Assembly: GCF_963921235.1 (NCBI RefSeq)
Contig: NC_086106.1
Coordinates: 19,654,001-19,718,000 of the forward strand
DNA from: Mobula hypostoma
Lineage: Eukaryota
Direction of reading: 5' to 3'
Length of the DNA stretch: 64,000 bases
The position numbers and the translations under genes are program-made. The notes under the pieces were generated by a model that was not told where the DNA came from, did no database searches, and was given only the letters and a program-made list of their open reading frames with translations. Position 1 is the first letter of the stretch; the number at the start of each line of letters is the position of its first letter. Shown piece after piece: positions 59,709-64,000 of the stretch.

Positions 59709-62215
59709 CAAACCCCATTTCCAGAAAAGTTGGGATATTTTCCAAAATATAATAAAAACAAATATCTGTGATGTTAATTCACATGAACCTTTATTTAACT
59801 GACAAAAGTACAAAGAAAAAATTTTCAATAGTTTTACTGACCAACTTAATTGTATTTTGTAAATATACACTAATTTAGAACTTGATGGCTGCAACACACT
59901 CAACAAAAGTTGGGACAGAGTTAAAATAAGATTGAAAAGTGCACAGAATATTCAAGTAACACCGGTTTGGAAGACTCCACATTAAGCGGGCTACTTGGTA
60001 GCAGGTGAGGTATCATGACTGGGTATAAAAGTAGCGTCCATCAAAGGCTCGGTCTTTGCAAGCAAGGATGGGTCGTGGCTCACCCCTTTGTGCCAAAATT
60101 CATGAGAGAATTGTTAGTCAGTTCAAAATGAAGATTTCTCAAAGCAAGATTGCAGAGAATTTAGATCTTTCAACATCTACAGTACATAATATTGTGAAAA
60201 GATTCAGAGAATTCAGAGACTTCTTAGTGCTGTGACAAAAGAGCGTTACAAAAGTACACATAGACTAAGATGTTAACTGTCCTGTGCTATCACTAGTGGG
60301 ATCATCAGTTGATCTGCCACCTGTCTTCAGGAGAGAGATAGGTAAGACAATGGAGCAGCATTTGGAAATGTTAATGAAGAGATGAGAGAGATTGCCGGAA
60401 AGAGACACCGGTCTGAGTATTGTCAAGACTGGCTGCTTTGAACCCTGAACTGTTTGAAGTCTGATGGACAGGCGATACCCCAACAGGGGGATAAAAAGGG
60501 ACAGGTTCGCTAAGGCAACAAACACCACACACAACACCACGAGGTAACGAGACCCTGGAAGTGGTGTGCCCCCACAAGTCAGTGGGAGTTTTTGGAGGTC
60601 TGGTCGCGGGACCAGCCATAGACGCACAGGGTGGAAAGATACGGTCGGCGGGAACCTGGTGTGTGTGTCCACCTTTGCCTGGGTGCTGGGTTCACCGCAG
60701 AAGAATGATCGTATCTGGAACGGAGGGGTCACAGGTGGTGACGTCAGAAGACATAACAAAGGGCTCGCCCGAAAGCTAACTGCGAGGAATATCGAAGGTC
60801 TGTGTGGAATTCGATTTGCATATTCATTTGTTCTCTCTCTCTCTTCTCTTCAATGGCACAACAGCGATTACTGCGAACTGAACTAAACTGAACTCTGTCA
60901 CTTGTGATTGATCATTTTAACCCTAGACTGCGATAGAGCTTGATTGATCCTATTATCCTAGTTCTGTGTGCATGTGTGTTTATTCATTGCTAACCTGTTG
61001 CATTTATATCCTTACTGTTAGAGTACTGAGTTGCTTATTTCTTTAATAAAACTTTCTTAGTTCCAGTAATCCAGACTCCAACTAAGTGGTCCATTTCTGC
61101 TGGTTTGGCAACCCAGTTACGGGGTACGTAACAGTGCGTAAAGGGCAAGGTCGGAAACCACTGTTGAATGCGCGTGATCTTTGAGCCCTCAGGCGGCACT
61201 GCCTAAGAAACTGTCATTCTACTGTGACAATTATAGCCACCTGGGCTTGGGAGTACTTCGGAAAACCATTGTCACTCAACACAGTCTGTCTCTGCATCCA
61301 GAAATGCAACCTGAAACTATTACGCAAGGAGGAAGCCATACATCAACTCTATGCAGAAACGCTGGCGAGTTCTCTGGGCCCAAGCTCATCTAAGATGGAC
61401 CGAAAGACTGTGGAACCGTGTGCTGTGGTCAGATGAGTCCACATTTCAGCTAGTTTTCGGAAAAAACGGGCATCGAGTTCTCCGTGCCAAAGATGAAAAC
61501 GATCATCCAGATTGTTATCAGCGAAAGGTGCAAAAGCCAGCATCTGTGATGGTATGGGGGTACATCAGTGCCCACAGCATGGGTGAGTTGCATGTATGTG
61601 AAGGTACCATTGACTCTGAGGCGTATATTAGGATTTTAGAGAGACATATGTTGCCATCAAGGCGACATCTCTTCCCAGGACGTCCATGCTTATTTCAGCA
61701 GGACAACGCCAGACCACATTCTGCACGGGCTACAACAGCGTGGCTTTGTGGACACAGAGTGCGTGTGCTTGACTGGTCTGCTGCCAGTCCAGATCTACCT
61801 CCTATTGAAAATGTATGGCGCATCATGAAGGGGAGAATCAGACAACTGAGACCATGGACTGTTGAGCAGCTGAAGTCTTATATCAAGCAAGAATGGACAA
61901 AATTTCCAATTGCAAATCTACTACAATTAGTATCCTCAGTTTCAAAACGATTAAAAAGTGTTATTAAAAGGAAAGGTGATATAACACAATGGTAAACATG
62001 CCTCTGTCTCAACTTTTGTTGAGTGTGTTGCAGCCATCAAATTCTGAATTTGTGTATGTTTACAAAATACAAATAAATTGGTCAGTAAACCTATTGAAAA
62101 TCTTTTCTTTGTACTTTTGTCAGTTAAATAAAGGTTCACATGAATTAACATATCACAGATTTTTGTTTTTATTGCATTTTGGAAAATATCCCAACTTTTC
62201 TGGAAATGGGGTTTG
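59709..62215 (+). mobile_element. Tc1/mariner DD34E transposon with long (about 212 bp) TIRs and TA TSD
   Basis: TIRs at 59709-59920 and 62002-62215 with internal AAAGTTGGGA direct repeats, and TA at 59707-59708 and 62216-62217. The transposase runs 60068-60230 plus 61138-61995 (WSDES, QQDNARPH-34aa-IENVW), with one stop and one frameshift. Confidence 0.95.
60231..61133. mobile_element. Solo LTR (903 bp) inserted in the Tc1 transposase
   Basis: TG...CA termini with a 4-bp TSD GTGC (60227-60230 and 61134-61137). Removing it restores FLVRKGQGRKPLL. Confidence 0.88.
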
Positions 62216-63429
62216 TATATTTGGATTTTCAAAAGGCTTTTGGCAAGGTCCCACACAGGAGATTAGTGTGCAAACTTAAAGCACACGGTATTGGGGGTAC
62301 GGTGTTGATGTGGATAGAGAATTGGTTAGCAGACAGGAAGCAAAGAGTGAGAATAGATGGGACCTTTTCAGAATGGCAGGCAGTGACTAGTGGGGTACCG
62401 CAGGGCTCAGTGTTGGGACCCCAGTTGTTTACAATATATATTAATGATTTAGACGAGGGAACTAAATGTAGCATCTCTAAGTTTGCGGATGACACGAAGC
62501 TGGGCGGCAGTGTTAGCTCTGAGGAGGATGGTAAGAGGATGCAGGGTGACTTGGATAGGTTAGGTGAGTGGGCAAATTCATGGCAGATGCAATTTAATGT
62601 GGATAAATGTGAGGTTATCCACTTTGGTGGCAAGAACAGGAAAACAGATTATTATCTGAATGGTGGCCAATTAGGAAAAGGGGAGGTGCAACGAGACCTG
62701 GGTGTCATTGTACACCAGTCATTGAAAGTGGGCATGCAGGTACAGCAGGCAGTGAAAAAGGCGAATGGTATGTTGGCATACATAGAAAAAGGATTCGAGT
62801 ACAGGAGCAGGGAGGTACTACTGCAGTTGTACAAGGCTTTAGTGAGACCACACCTGGAGTACTGTGTGCAGTTTTGGTTCCCTAATCTGAGGAAAGACAT
62901 TCTTGCCATAGAGGGAGTACAAAGAAGGTTCACCAGATTGATTCCTGGGATGGCAGGACTTTCATATGATGAAAGACTGGATCAACTAGGCTTATACACA
63001 CTGTAATTTAGAAGATTGAGAGGGGATCTGATTGAAACGTATAAAATCCTAAAGGGATTGGACAGGCTAGATGCAGGAAGATTGTTCCCGATGTTGGGGA
63101 AGTCCAGAACGAGGAGTCACAGTTTAAGGATAAAGGGGAAGCCTTTTAGGACCGAGATTAGGAAAAACTTCTTCACACAGCGAGTGGTGAATCTGTGGAA
63201 TTCTCTGCCACAGGAAACAGCTGAGGTCAGTTAATTGGCTATATTTAAGAGGGAGTTAGATATGGCTCTTGTGACTAAAGGGATCAGGGGGTATGGAGAG
63301 AAAGCAGGTACAGTGTTCTGAGTTGGATGATCAGCCATGATCATACTGAATGGTGGTGCAGGCTCAAAGGGCCGAATGGTCTACTCCTGCACCTATTTTC
63401 TATGTTTCTATGTTTCTATGTTTCTAAGG

Positions 63430-64000
63430 GATCGGATATATGTGTACCTGGATAGACATAGACTGATGAAGGATAGTCAACATGGCTTTCTGTACGTCGG
63501 TCACGTCTAACCATTCTTATGGAGTTTTTTGAGGAAGTTACCAGGAAAGTTGATGAAGGCAAGGCAGTGGATGTCATCTGCATGGACCTTAGCAAGGCAC
63601 TTGACGAAGTCCCGTATGGGAGGTTGGTCAGGAAGGTTCAGTCGCAAGACATTCAAGATGAGTTAGTAAATTGAATTAGACATTGGTTTTGTGGGAGAAG
63701 CCAGAGAGTGATATTAGATGTTTGCCTCTCTGACTGGAGGCCTGTGACTAGTGGAGTTTCGCAGGGATCAGTGCTGGGTCCATTGTTGTTTGTCATCTGT
63801 ATCAATAATCTGGATGATAACGTGGTTAACTGGATCAGCAAGTTTGCAATTGATACCAGAATTGGGGTTGTAGTAGGCAGCAAAAAAGACTATCAGAGCT
63901 TGCAGTGGGATCTAAAGCAGCTGCTAAAATAGGCTGAAAAATGGCAGATGGAATTTAATACAGACGAGCGCAAGGTTTTGCACTTCAGTAGGACCAACCA
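63430..64000 (+). mobile_element. CR1 RT fragment cut by the window edge
   Basis: WRPVTSGVSQGSVLGPLLFVICINNLD...SKFAIDT. Confidence 0.85.

Larger units (their letters stand above)
59521..63425 (+). mobile_element. Young CR1 RT and 3' end, split by a Tc1 element
   Basis: 59525-59708 and 62216-63425 match the copy at 12220-13593. ORF 62179-63006 contains GVPQGSVLGPQLF and FADDTKL. Has a (TTCTATGT)n tail. Confidence 0.92.

Overview
Repeat-dense vertebrate DNA. The CR1, HE1-type SINE and Penelope repeats and the Ig cluster organisation point to a cartilaginous fish, probably a ray (inference). The main host locus is one IgW-type immunoglobulin heavy-chain cluster on the + strand (41.3-57.2 kb): leader, VH with a 23-bp RSS, one D-J-like segment with a 12-bp RSS (apparently joined in the germline), CH1, CH2, a separate Cys-rich short secretory exon, CH3-CH5, and CH6 with the long secretory tail. 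In-frame stops in VH, CH2 and CH5 make it a probable pseudogene, and no transmembrane exon was found in the window. The rest is nested mobile DNA. (1) A Gmr1-type Gypsy element (gag-PR-IN-RT-RH, two LTRs, perfect tRNA-Pro PBS) carrying three later insertions, one of them a three-LTR tandem non-autonomous element. (2) A class I endogenous retrovirus pol fragment. (3) A Gypsy remnant containing an intronless RBM25 fragment. (4) Penelope-derived fragments with minimal hammerhead-ribozyme cores. (5) A Tc1 DD34E transposon inside a CR1, itself interrupted by a solo LTR. (6) Many CR1, Rex1/Babar-like and RTE LINE fragments. All calls are by eye with no database searches, and boundaries of old repeats are approximate.
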